Virus record (IMG/VR): IMGVR_UViG_3300042544_003795
Coordinates: 106,054 to 170,053 of that record
From: a virus
DNA: 64,000 nt
Direction: 5' to 3' (one strand)
Shown: positions 18,350 to 27,668 of the stretch, in pieces
How the letters are laid out: the number at the start of each line of letters is the position of its first letter
How positions within the stretch are numbered: position 1 is the stretch's first letter
Made by a program: the position numbers and the translations under genes
The notes under the pieces: model-generated
The model's input: only the letters and a program-made list of their open reading frames with translations
Told to the model about the DNA's origin: nothing
Databases searched by the model: none

Positions 18350-19999
18350 TTAAGATTCGCAACTAGTACAGGTCATTAGATTCCTAGACAATTCCTGAGC
18401 AGGATTAGCTGATCTTTGGTAATACAATGTTTTAATTCCCATCTTCCAAGCTTCGATTAGTAAGTCACTTACTTCTTTCGGCTTTATATCTGGAGGAATC
18501 ATAATATTCAAGCTCTGACTTTGATCAATAAATTTTTGTCTTTGAGCAGCTTGAATAATAATTTCTTTTTGACTGATTTCTCCAAAAGTTTTGAATACAT
18601 CTTTTTCATCAGAAGAAAGAAAATCTAAATGTTGAACTGATCCACCTCTAATCAAAATGGATTTCCAAACTTCATCTGTATCATTCTTATACTTCTTTAG
18701 AACTTCTTTGAGGAATGGATTCTTGAAAGTGAAAGATCCCTTAGCGAGTTTCTTTACAAAGTAATTACTATTTAAAGGTTCTATACTCGGAGATACTTGC
18801 CCCAAAATGAATGATGAAGAAGTGGTAGGAGCAACAGCAATTGTTGTTACGTTTCTTCTCCCATAACCCTTGAGGAGTTCTGGCTCTCCGAATAAATCTG
18901 CGAGCTTTTTAGAAGCTTCATCTGCTCTCTTTCTGATAGTATCCCATATATGAGAATTAAGCATCTTAGCCTCTAAAGATTCAAAAGCAATCATTTGTGA
19001 TTGTAGAAAAGAGTGCCATCCCAAAACTCCCATTCCTAAAGCTCTTTGATTTTTCGCAAATTCATGAGGAGCTTCCATAAATTTCATTCCTTGAGTTTTC
19101 TCAACAAACTCTTGATTTACAGTATCAAGGAAATAGATTAATGTCTCAATAGCATCAGTATTTCTAATCTCATCCCAATAAAGAAGATTCAAAGAAGATA
19201 AAACGCAAACAAAACTTTCATTACTGTTCGATTGAAGAGTTATTTCTGAACAAAGATTGCTTGAATTTATTTTGTATCCTTTATCTTTGTAAACTTGAGG
19301 AGCATTATTATTTACAGTATCAGTAAAGAAAATATATGGATACCCTGTTTCGAATCTTTTCTTTATAATCTTACCCCATATTCCTCTCTTATCTTTGTCC
19401 CCCTCTATCATCTTATTCATCCAGTCGTCTGTTATTGTTACACCAATGCTCATATTCTGAATAGCATGACCTTCAGAACGAATCATAAGGAACTCTTCAA
19501 TATCTGGATGTTCGACGGGAAGATAGGCTGCAAAGCTACCTCTACGAGCCGATCCCTGACTAACTACATCTGAAACTTTATCAAAAAGCTCCATAAAATG
19601 TGCAGCTCCACTGGATTCTCCCCCAGAACTTATTTTAGAACCTCTTTTGCGAAGGTCTCCAAAATAACCTGAAGTACCTCCTCCCATTTTAGACATGATA
19701 CCTACTTCGCCGACCTTCCAAAGAATATCGGTCATTGTATCATCCATATGGGAATTGAAACAAGAAACAGGAAGACCTCTCTTATTCCCATAGTTAATCC
19801 ACACTGGTGTACTTAAACTATAATATCCAAGAGAAGTGTACTTTTCAAACTTATCAGCAAACCCTTCAATGCCTAGAATATTCTCTGCATTTTTAGCTAT
19901 TTCTTTTACCCTCTCCTCTGGAGATACACCTTCTTCTAAATAGCCTCTCTCTAAAAAGAGACGGCTGTGGCTATTTAGCCATTTATAAGCTTTTTCCAT
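18350..19999 (-). CDS. nrdA: Class I ribonucleotide reductase alpha subunit (no ATP cone)
   Basis: VSCF, GGGTS, SNLCSEI, CVLSSLN, APTTSSS, KTLYY and C-terminal CTSC. Confidence 0.93.
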   Translation of the reverse strand: MEKAYKWLNSHSRLFLERGYLEEGVSPEERVKEIAKNAENILGIEGFADKFEKYTSLGYYSLSTPVWINYGNKRGLPVSCFNSHMDDTMTDILWKVGEVGIMSKMGGGTSGYFGDLRKRGSKISSGGESSGAAHFMELFDKVSDVVSQGSARRGSFAAYLPVEHPDIEEFLMIRSEGHAIQNMSIGVTITDDWMNKMIEGDKDKRGIWGKIIKKRFETGYPYIFFTDTVNNNAPQVYKDKGYKINSSNLCSEITLQSNSNESFVCVLSSLNLLYWDEIRNTDAIETLIYFLDTVNQEFVEKTQGMKFMEAPHEFAKNQRALGMGVLGWHSFLQSQMIAFESLEAKMLNSHIWDTIRKRADEASKKLADLFGEPELLKGYGRRNVTTIAVAPTTSSSFILGQVSPSIEPLNSNYFVKKLAKGSFTFKNPFLKEVLKKYKNDTDEVWKSILIRGGSVQHLDFLSSDEKDVFKTFGEISQKEIIIQAAQRQKFIDQSQSLNIMIPPDIKPKEVSDLLIEAWKMGIKTLYYQRSANPAQELSRNLMTCTSCES

Positions 20000-20009
20000 A
20001 ATCTAAAAC

Positions 20010-20037
20010 AGTATATGTACTACAATTAAAAAGTCAA
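20010..20037 (-). promoter_or_regulatory. Sigma70-type promoter candidate upstream of nrdA
   Basis: TTGACT-16 nt-TATACT on the minus strand in the nrdB-nrdA gap. Confidence 0.45.
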
Positions 20038-20049
20038 GGTGTATCTGTA

Positions 20050-21021
20050 TTAAAACAAATCTTCTTCTCCAAAACTTTTATTTGATCTTGCGTACTCAGT
20101 CGGACGAGAATGAAAAAAATCAGTCATATTATTTCCATGCAGCTGCTCATCAAACCAATCTGTTTTAGAAATTAAATCTTGATCAACCTCGAATATCTTT
20201 TTATATCCGATACTAACCAATGATTCATTCATTCGATTTTTAATAAAATTCTTCAAAAGAGGAGAATTTAATTTTTCCGATTCGAGTCCATTTAAAATCC
20301 AGTCAATAATTTCACATTCATATTTAACAGCTTGCTCAGATTCGTAAATTACTTTTGCTTCAAGCTCTTCGTCAAAAAACTCTGGATATTCAGAACGAAT
20401 AGTATTGATTATTTTAATTCCAACTATAGCATGGAGATTTTCTTCTCTAGAAGTATACTCTACTTGCTTGTTCGTATCCTTAAGGAGATTCTTGTAACGA
20501 CCAAACCAATTGATAATGTAAAATTGAGAAAACAATGCAATATTTTCAACAAATAAAGTGAAAAGAATTATAGAATATACGAACTGTTTTTTATTATCAG
20601 AATGAAACTTATGAAGATGTTTCCGAAGATAATTAACTCTACCTTTTACAATATCCAATTTTAAAGCATCATCAAAAGCAGTTTCCAACCCTAGAACTTC
20701 TAAGAGTCTTTCATATGCGTCCCCGTGTATAACCTCTGTATTCGCCATAACGAAGCCTAGATCGCTCATGGAAGGGTGAGGTAGGTTATCACCCAACTTA
20801 GACCAAAACTTTTTTACAGAAATTTCTAGCTGGCCAATCGTAGTTAAAGCTTTTACAATTATTTCTTTTTCCTTCTCAGAAAGCTTAACTTTAAAATCTT
20901 GTAAGTCACTTTGGAAATTGAATTCTTTATTAGTCCAAAATCCATCATGCATTGCCGAAATAAATTCTTGGCTCCAAGGATAGTGATCTGGCTTCCTTGA
21001 GATTTGTTCTTCGAAAATCAT
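20050..21021 (-). CDS. nrdB: Class I ribonucleotide reductase beta subunit
   Basis: FWT.KE, EVIHGDAY (radical Tyr), FVENIALFSQF, SREENLH, DFF. Confidence 0.92.
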   Translation of the reverse strand: MIFEEQISRKPDHYPWSQEFISAMHDGFWTNKEFNFQSDLQDFKVKLSEKEKEIIVKALTTIGQLEISVKKFWSKLGDNLPHPSMSDLGFVMANTEVIHGDAYERLLEVLGLETAFDDALKLDIVKGRVNYLRKHLHKFHSDNKKQFVYSIILFTLFVENIALFSQFYIINWFGRYKNLLKDTNKQVEYTSREENLHAIVGIKIINTIRSEYPEFFDEELEAKVIYESEQAVKYECEIIDWILNGLESEKLNSPLLKNFIKNRMNESLVSIGYKKIFEVDQDLISKTDWFDEQLHGNNMTDFFHSRPTEYARSNKSFGEEDLF

Positions 21022-21023
21022 AA

Positions 21024-21362
21024 TTAATTCTTTTTTATTTCTGAGGGATGAGCGACATTATACTTCTTTTTGTACTTTGCAACTTCTTTTTCAAGAATAG
21101 GGTCTTTACCTAGTTTATCTTTCCTCATATGGGAAAGTTCTTGAGCTCTATCCTGCAAATCTCCAATAGTTCCTTTTTTATTTGTTTTATTTAAAAAGTC
21201 CCTAGAGGAAAAAGGATCAATTTTAGTATCTATACTCGTGTGAGGAATAGTCCAAACTCTATTCCATTGAACACCATTCTGTGCATATACGTGTTCATCA
21301 TTCATACCTTGAACGACTTCGATTCTCTCTTCGGAATCTGGATTTTCATAAATATATATCAT
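21024..21362 (-). CDS. FmdB-like (degenerate zinc-ribbon) protein
   Basis: MIYIYEN...EVVQGMND...WNRV pattern, with the Cys residues absent. Confidence 0.4.
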   Translation of the reverse strand: MIYIYENPDSEERIEVVQGMNDEHVYAQNGVQWNRVWTIPHTSIDTKIDPFSSRDFLNKTNKKGTIGDLQDRAQELSHMRKDKLGKDPILEKEVAKYKKKYNVAHPSEIKKN

Positions 21363-21383
21363 AGGAATTGTATTTACACTTTT

Positions 21384-22001
21384 CTAAATATTTACAGAAA
21401 TTTCTGGAGTTAATTTTAAAGAAAAAATTGGCAATCCTATATGGCTAGTAATACCTAAATCCAAAGCTTCTTTAGCATTTAAATACCAATCTAAATCTTT
21501 TCTTTTATTTAATTCTTTTTTAAGCCATTCTTTATTTTTAGGGCCTTTTAAATGAGAAGAGATTACTTTAAGTATTTCTTCCTCCTCTTTCATTAAAGCA
21601 TTAAAAAATTCTTTTTGCTCACTAGCTCTTCCATCTGGGATAGAAGAAACCTGAATACCATGCAGCATTAAACCTGCATATTCTCCCATGAAACGAAAAC
21701 CTTCATCCCCGAAACAGAAGACAAAAGCTCCAGCAGAGGAAGCTTCACCAGCCGTCATTGTAGCAATCTTTAAACCTTTTTTCCTAGCAGAATAAAGGAT
21801 AGAAAGAATAGCTTTTAAAGATGAGATATCTCCTCCGGGAGACTCAATATGGATAGGAAAAAGTATTTGCTCCAGTTCTATGGCTTCATTGATTCTATTA
21901 CTTAAAGCTTTTACAGTTGTTGAAGAAAATTCTGTTAAGTAAAAACTTCTAGGCCCGTTTATTCCTTGAACAAAGTTTGGAGCATTTATATCCCATTTCA
22001 T
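21384..22001 (-). CDS. ClpP/crotonase-fold serine protease
   Basis: IESPGG, ASSAG (nucleophile Ser), LMLHG, DWYLNAKEALDLG. Confidence 0.82.
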   Translation of the reverse strand: MKWDINAPNFVQGINGPRSFYLTEFSSTTVKALSNRINEAIELEQILFPIHIESPGGDISSLKAILSILYSARKKGLKIATMTAGEASSAGAFVFCFGDEGFRFMGEYAGLMLHGIQVSSIPDGRASEQKEFFNALMKEEEEILKVISSHLKGPKNKEWLKKELNKRKDLDWYLNAKEALDLGITSHIGLPIFSLKLTPEISVNI

Positions 22002-23071
22002 ATTTTTGATAATAGTGTATCTACAGTATTTTGTACACTGAATACACTAGGAAGAGTTGATATAGTTTTTTCGCCAGAATTAAAAAATTCAACGGCTTCC
22101 AAAATTTTATCTTCTACTTCTTTATCATCAAAATCAAACATGTTCCCTTGATTAACTATATTACCTAATTTGAAAAAGGCATCATCATAAATAGGAATTT
22201 TCTGAGAAGGTTTTACAATAATAGCATTACCATTGTTAATAAAATCAGAATGAGCATGAGCATCCATTGCTACACAAACCTTGTTAAGAGAAAGCATATT
22301 AAACAAAGGAAGATTAAATCCTTCTGCGCCGGAAAGACCGGAAAGATCAATATCACAAGAATTCATTAGTTTGTTTACTTCTGAATTTTTATCTTGACGA
22401 GATATTAGATTAACATTCCAAGGAATAGATCCCTCAAAGATTTGATTCAAAATTTGTTCCCATTTTTCTCTCTCTATAAAAGGGTTATCTATTAAGCAAT
22501 TTAATCTATATCTTTTATCATTACCGAAAAGCTTCTTCCATATTCTGATTATCTTTTCTGTATGTTTTCTTTTTTCAAATTTTCCAATAAGCAAAAAGTT
22601 AATAGCATCAACTCTTGGAACAAGAGGATCAGCTTTTACATGAATAGAATCAAAATAAGGATGGCAGACTCCTACATTTTCTAGACCTTCAGATTTAGCA
22701 ACCTCATAAGAATAATTACTAGAAAACAATACCAAGTCATTATTTTTAATAATATTTTTTTCAACTTTAGTTAAAGTATCCGTTTCATGGAATGTCCATA
22801 AAATAGTTTTATCAGACAAACGTCTTTCAGATTCAATTAAATGCCAAAGTCTAATCGTAGGAAATTTACGAGAAAAATTGGCATGAGCTTTTTGACAACA
22901 GAATTGGAGCCAATCAAAAAATGGTTTATCAATATCGTAGGCTTTTAAATCTACTTGCCCGATAGGAAATATATTAGGAAGGAATTTTCTATCGAAAAAC
23001 TCTTTCAATAATCCAAATGATACTTGACCAAAAGATAATCCATTAATTGGAACTTCTAAATTTATATTCAT
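21998..23071 (-). CDS. GT4-family glycosyltransferase
   Basis: LSFGQV, GKFEKRK, SGAEGFNLP. Confidence 0.78.
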   Translation of the reverse strand: MNINLEVPINGLSFGQVSFGLLKEFFDRKFLPNIFPIGQVDLKAYDIDKPFFDWLQFCCQKAHANFSRKFPTIRLWHLIESERRLSDKTILWTFHETDTLTKVEKNIIKNNDLVLFSSNYSYEVAKSEGLENVGVCHPYFDSIHVKADPLVPRVDAINFLLIGKFEKRKHTEKIIRIWKKLFGNDKRYRLNCLIDNPFIEREKWEQILNQIFEGSIPWNVNLISRQDKNSEVNKLMNSCDIDLSGLSGAEGFNLPLFNMLSLNKVCVAMDAHAHSDFINNGNAIIVKPSQKIPIYDDAFFKLGNIVNQGNMFDFDDKEVEDKILEAVEFFNSGEKTISTLPSVFSVQNTVDTLLSKI

Positions 23072-23430
23072 TCTAAATCTTTTTTTAAATTATACTGATC
23101 AATCTTTTCTTGTAAATTTGTTTCTCCCCTTAGAAAGCTTTCAATAATACAATAAGAAAGTCCGAGATCGTAAGCTTTATCTATATACAATATTTCTGGA
23201 GTAAATGGTTTGTATTTTTTTAAAATATTTTTAATAACAAAAGAAAATTCATTATCATCTTTGCAGTTAAAGAATTTTTTTTCATTAGCTTCAATATAAG
23301 TTACAGATCTTTTATTAGAATCTGTAGATGAAATTATCTGAATACAAAAATATAAAAATTCACCACCTAAAGTTTCTGCAAACCCATTGGAGCTTTTTAT
23401 TATATGAGATAAATAAAAATTGGTATTCAA
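23068..23430 (-). CDS. Hypothetical protein
   Basis: ORF track, coupled to neighbours. Confidence 0.5.
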   Translation of the reverse strand: MNTNFYLSHIIKSSNGFAETLGGEFLYFCIQIISSTDSNKRSVTYIEANEKKFFNCKDDNEFSFVIKNILKKYKPFTPEILYIDKAYDLGLSYCIIESFLRGETNLQEKIDQYNLKKDLE

Positions 23431-23432
23431 TA

Positions 23433-23735
23433 TTAATTTTCCCTATGCTGGAAAGAAGTCAAAAAAAGATTATTTATGATAGTAGCAACTATAGGACAAT
23501 AAATAAAATTATTAATATCAAAACAAAGACAATACCAAAAAGTTAAACAAAAAATACAACCCATCAAATATCTAACTTTTCTGCATAGATATCCTAGAAT
23601 ATTTTTACTCCCACCTTTTATATCTAAATATCTATACGCTATTGATCTTGGATAATCAAATATAGGAGCGAAGTTTAATAGAAAAAATATGAATACACAA
23701 GCTGTAGCCGTTTTTAAAATTTCGATTATTTCCAT
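23433..23735 (-). CDS. Small membrane protein with CxxC..W motif (DUF1360-like)
   Basis: Hydrophobic segments; LMGCIFCLTFW. Confidence 0.45.
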   Translation of the reverse strand: MEIIEILKTATACVFIFFLLNFAPIFDYPRSIAYRYLDIKGGSKNILGYLCRKVRYLMGCIFCLTFWYCLCFDINNFIYCPIVATIINNLFLTSFQHREN

Positions 23736-24076
23736 TTCTTTAAATCATTTAAGTCTTCTCTTCCTATTTCTTCAAAGTGAATAATTGCCATCAAGTTAAA
23801 TATTACAGCTGCAAGATGGTCTTCGTCTCTATCTCCTTTCCAATATTGCATTAAATGTCTAAATGCACTGGCAAAGAATCTTGAGAATGGCATCCCTTTT
23901 TCCCAATTCCATTCACCATATTTAACAGCTCCTCTTTCCATCAAAGAAGCTAATCTTGTCATCATAAAAGGAGAGATTAAATCGAATCTTGGTTTTCCTT
24001 CTTGAGTATCTCTTTTAGCTCCAGATTCAAAACTTTGTCTAGCTCCACTATCTTTTGTTTTAAAATTCATACTCAT
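23726..24076 (-). CDS. dATP/dGTP diphosphohydrolase-like protein (DUF5664 type)
   Basis: KDSG.RQSFESGAKRD, GKPRFDL, GAVKYGEWNWEKG, RHL, EDHLAA. Confidence 0.75.
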   Translation of the reverse strand: MSMNFKTKDSGARQSFESGAKRDTQEGKPRFDLISPFMMTRLASLMERGAVKYGEWNWEKGMPFSRFFASAFRHLMQYWKGDRDEDHLAAVIFNLMAIIHFEEIGREDLNDLKKWK

Positions 24077-24151
24077 AAATTAATCTCTATTTTTATAAAG
24101 TCAATCTTATAATATGTCTCTTATATAAATATACTATATACATAAATACAT

Positions 24152-24199
24152 AAAGAAAGAAGAGTAAGAAGCTTTCCTTCTAGTCAGGGGACTTCTTAC
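24152..24199 (-). terminator. Terminator-like hairpin ending the candidate ncRNA
   Basis: GTAAGAAG...CTTCTTAC stem followed by TCTTCTTTCTTT. Confidence 0.5.
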
Positions 24200-24560
24200 C
24201 TACCTGTTTTTGAAAAAAAACAGAAGTATTTGTATGCCTGAACAAGTTTAAATCGCTTGCTTAAAAAAGTTTCCTTTAGTCAGTTTGGACTCGCCTTTCA
24301 GCGACCCATGAGGTTTTTATTGACGTATCAAAATTGGATAGAAGCCCTTTACCCAACCGACTTGCTCATCTGCCCACTAGATTTATTAGATCGTAGCTGT
24401 AGAAACTACTGAACAAGTACTCAAATTCTCAACTTCGGTGCACCCTTTCGGATGTTGGTGTTGACAAGTCCCGAGTCAGAGCACCATGCGATTTTCTTGA
24501 ATGACATCCGGCTTTGGGAGTCCCGGACCCATTGCGGCAAATGAGGCCGCTATGTAAAAT
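24152..24560 (-). ncRNA. Candidate large structured non-coding RNA, family unassigned
   Basis: ORF-free, GC-richer interval with multiple helices, two GAAA tetraloops closed by G-U-containing stems on the minus strand, an upstream promoter and a terminal hairpin with U tract. Confidence 0.65.
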
Positions 24561-24570
24561 TAACTTTCTT

Positions 24571-24599
24571 TATATAATGCCAAAATTTTCTTTTGTCAA
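24571..24599 (-). promoter_or_regulatory. Sigma70-type promoter candidate
   Basis: Perfect TTGACA, 17-nt spacer, TATATA. Confidence 0.55.
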
Positions 24600-24605
24600 G
24601 TACTT

Positions 24606-25880
24606 TTATGCAAAACCTTGCAAATCTACAATTTTATTTATACCCGCTAAATCATCTGTGCTAATCCCAAGAATACTGTAAGCTTCTTCTTCTGTCATTT
24701 CTTTTTTTAGAGTTATATCAGGAGGACTTCCATCAATTGTTGGTAGAGCTGTTTCCACTAAAATACTATTATAAAGTGAAATATTCTCATATACATTTTT
24801 CATTATTAATTTATCTCCTAGTGTTTCCTTATATATTAAAATTACTTGATAAACGGATAAATTTTCTTTTCTGAAATAAACTATCTCTGTAGCATTTTTA
24901 AAAAGACCATCGTAAATATAAGATTGATTTAAATAATTGATTCTTTTTTCTATTTCTTCTCTAGCTGACTCTGCTATATAATCTATTGATTTATTTATAA
25001 ATAAAGGGCTAGAAAAATAACTTGAATTTTCAACTAATAAACGATTAGGCCCAGCTCTTCTACTAAAAGAGTAAGGAATTGTAACCTTTTCATCTTCTGT
25101 TTTTTCGCTCCACTCGGTCAAAGGATCGTCTTCAAATCCCTTTATAGTTTCTACTTCATAATAACCTGCTAGTCCATTAAAAAGACCAGCTTGATAATCT
25201 CCTGCATCTATAGGAAAGCCTATTGTTTTAGCTACACTTTTAAAATATATTTTTATATTTCTAGCTGATAAATCTCCTAACCTTAAATACCTATGAGGAC
25301 TTAAAACATTTGATCTCAAGAACGGTGTAATTTTTACTTCATTACCTTTAATTATTATACTTGCTATTTTTATATATATTTTACCTGCGTATTCAGAATC
25401 TTTTAAAATTTGAGTTCCTCCTAATTTTATAAAATTATCTTTTTGTTGAGTGTAAAGTATATTATTATCATAATACTCTACGAAATTTTCATCTGTAGAT
25501 GTTATTATTGAAAATTGATTTATAAAATCCGAATGATTATTTTTGTCATCTAGCCACCAATTTATTTTACCGCCTAAAATTCCATCGCTAAAACCTGCTG
25601 GAACTTTAGGTATAGTTAAATAAACATCACAGCTTTCAGCTGTTTCAAATGTTTTTAAAAAAGATGTTCCTAATTCATAAGTAGTTTCTTCAAGGGAATT
25701 GAAGGGATAATAATTTTTTTTGTCTAAAGGATTATTTTTTATTTCGAAATTTAAATAGTTAGCTTTATAAGTATTTAATATAAATGAATTTATATCTCCA
25801 GCATTTACTATAAAATTATATTTATTACCTTTTTTAGTACTCAAGATAACTTGAAATGGTAAATATGTTTGATTACTCAT
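24606..25880 (-). CDS. Putative tail-associated protein (xPF-motif paralog 3)
   Basis: End of the structural operon; YLPFQV...VNAG...YIKIASI. Confidence 0.5.
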   Translation of the reverse strand: MSNQTYLPFQVILSTKKGNKYNFIVNAGDINSFILNTYKANYLNFEIKNNPLDKKNYYPFNSLEETTYELGTSFLKTFETAESCDVYLTIPKVPAGFSDGILGGKINWWLDDKNNHSDFINQFSIITSTDENFVEYYDNNILYTQQKDNFIKLGGTQILKDSEYAGKIYIKIASIIIKGNEVKITPFLRSNVLSPHRYLRLGDLSARNIKIYFKSVAKTIGFPIDAGDYQAGLFNGLAGYYEVETIKGFEDDPLTEWSEKTEDEKVTIPYSFSRRAGPNRLLVENSSYFSSPLFINKSIDYIAESAREEIEKRINYLNQSYIYDGLFKNATEIVYFRKENLSVYQVILIYKETLGDKLIMKNVYENISLYNSILVETALPTIDGSPPDITLKKEMTEEEAYSILGISTDDLAGINKIVDLQGFA

Positions 25881-26779
25881 TTTTTAAAATTTTTATAATT
25901 TTTTTGATCAAAGTAAAATGGAAAATTAAACGCATAATCAAAATCAATTATTTGTTCTAATTTATCTTCTTTACTGCTATCTAAGTAAGCTATAGGTATT
26001 ATTTTTTCACCATTTATTATAAAATTGTATTTATCTAGTTTTTCCTCTTCCTCTTTAGTTTGAGTTGAAGATTCTATAAATTCTATACTTACATCTGAAA
26101 TAGGACAAGAAGCATTAACAAGCGGAGTTAAAATAGATGATCCGAGTAAAGTCGCTGGTTTAAAAACGAAGGGAGCATTATTTGAATCTGCAATTTGATA
26201 AAAAGCGCTTATATCAGGAGTCCAATTTTTTAAAAGATTCTGTTCTCGAAGTATAGATTCTTTCTCTATTTTTACAGCATCTTCATACCCTTCAGACGTA
26301 GGATCAAATAAAGTATATGAAGGTATATAATTACCTATTTTTATTCCAAGTTTTTCATCTTCCAATTGTATTAATTGTAAATCATTAGCTATATAATCTC
26401 TAATTATATCTTCTGTTAAATATTTTTTAATATAAATTTTGAAAAGATCGGATCTTTTAGAAAATGAAGATGATTCCCATTCATTTACACTCTCTGCTAA
26501 AACAGAGTCTATATCTTTTAAAGTTATTCTTAAGCATATACATCCTTTAGCCGCCGTATCAATAGTATTAAATCCTATATTTCTTTTCTCTGCAAAAAAA
26601 TTTAATCTTTTTTTAGAAAGTGTTTTTGGAACAAATACATTTTTTAAAGAGTTCGAAGCTGTACAAATTACTAATCCAAAATTAACAAAAACTTTTGTTA
26701 CAATATTATTTTCTATTTTCTGGATAAAACAAGAAAATGGCTTCATAGGTTCTATATTTAATTTTTTCATTTTAAACAA
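25877..26779 (-). CDS. Putative tail-associated protein (xPF-motif paralog 2)
   Basis: MKPFSC...VNFG...IIPIAYL...LEQ. Confidence 0.5.
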   Translation of the reverse strand: MFKMKKLNIEPMKPFSCFIQKIENNIVTKVFVNFGLVICTASNSLKNVFVPKTLSKKRLNFFAEKRNIGFNTIDTAAKGCICLRITLKDIDSVLAESVNEWESSSFSKRSDLFKIYIKKYLTEDIIRDYIANDLQLIQLEDEKLGIKIGNYIPSYTLFDPTSEGYEDAVKIEKESILREQNLLKNWTPDISAFYQIADSNNAPFVFKPATLLGSSILTPLVNASCPISDVSIEFIESSTQTKEEEEKLDKYNFIINGEKIIPIAYLDSSKEDKLEQIIDFDYAFNFPFYFDQKNYKNFKK

Positions 26780-27668
26780 TATTAGAATCTATAGTTATGC
26801 TGTTACCGTTATCAATACTTTCTATAAATCTGTTCTCTTCACTCGGAAAAATAAACTGTTTACTATAAGAAATAATATTTATATTTTTATTATGTTTTAT
26901 ATATCCTCTTAATGAATTTTCAGATGACCTTCCCAGAAGAGTAGAAACTTGTTTTTTATTTCCTATAATTTTTTCATTTAATTCAAGCTTTTCATCTTCT
27001 AAAGTTTCACTAACATTTATATCATAAAATTCTGTATTCATTAATTCAAAAGAAGCTGAATCAAATAGTTCTGTTAAAGCATAGTTTTCATTTAAGAATT
27101 GATCTACTGTCCATTCGCCTTTTTCATCTTTGTAAATAGATGCTACAATAGCTAAATTAATAGCATTTCCTCCCCAATATATTTCATCTCTATATAAATA
27201 ATCTAATTCAGAATTTCTTTCTTCTGCATTTAAATCAAAACTTTCTAATTTAATATTAGAATCGCTTAAATTTTTTGTATTTCCCAAAATTTCAAAATTA
27301 CTTCTGTCTTCTTCATCTAAATAAGCCTTACAAGCTATCCATGCTTTGTCTAAAAATGGAATATAAGATGGTCCCGGAACCCATTTATCTGGAGGGTTAA
27401 AAGAAGCTAATATATATATATTTACTTTAAAATATTCAGATTTTAAAATAAAAGAAGTCTCCTTGATCGTTCCATTCCTTTCGCTTTTTCTTTCTTCATT
27501 TAAAAAAAAATCTAATTTAGGAAGAGGCTTGCCATATATATCACAAGTAACATTCCTATAATTTAAAGGATTATAAAAATTAAATACTTTTCCAGAATTT
27601 ATCGCGAAGATATCTGAGTTATTTATTTTAAAAACTTCCGTCTTAAATGGATGGTATTGAATTGGCAT
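26772..27668 (-). CDS. Putative tail-associated protein (xPF-motif paralog 1)
   Basis: YHPFKT...INSG...LAIVASI...VDQFL. Confidence 0.5.
   Translation of the reverse strand: MPIQYHPFKTEVFKINNSDIFAINSGKVFNFYNPLNYRNVTCDIYGKPLPKLDFFLNEERKSERNGTIKETSFILKSEYFKVNIYILASFNPPDKWVPGPSYIPFLDKAWIACKAYLDEEDRSNFEILGNTKNLSDSNIKLESFDLNAEERNSELDYLYRDEIYWGGNAINLAIVASIYKDEKGEWTVDQFLNENYALTELFDSASFELMNTEFYDINVSETLEDEKLELNEKIIGNKKQVSTLLGRSSENSLRGYIKHNKNINIISYSKQFIFPSEENRFIESIDNGNSITIDSNIV

Noticed and set aside
24077-24104. TTGACT-16-TAATTT promoter just upstream of the DUF5664-like gene
   Set aside because: Plausible, but the -10 is weak and abuts the start codon in very AT-rich DNA; not distinguishable from chance.
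24152-24560. tmRNA, RNase P RNA, tRNA or group I intron identity for the structured interval
   Set aside because: No tRNA-like ends or CCA, no GAGGAAAGUCC, no clear P7 core, and the flanking genes are not interrupted.
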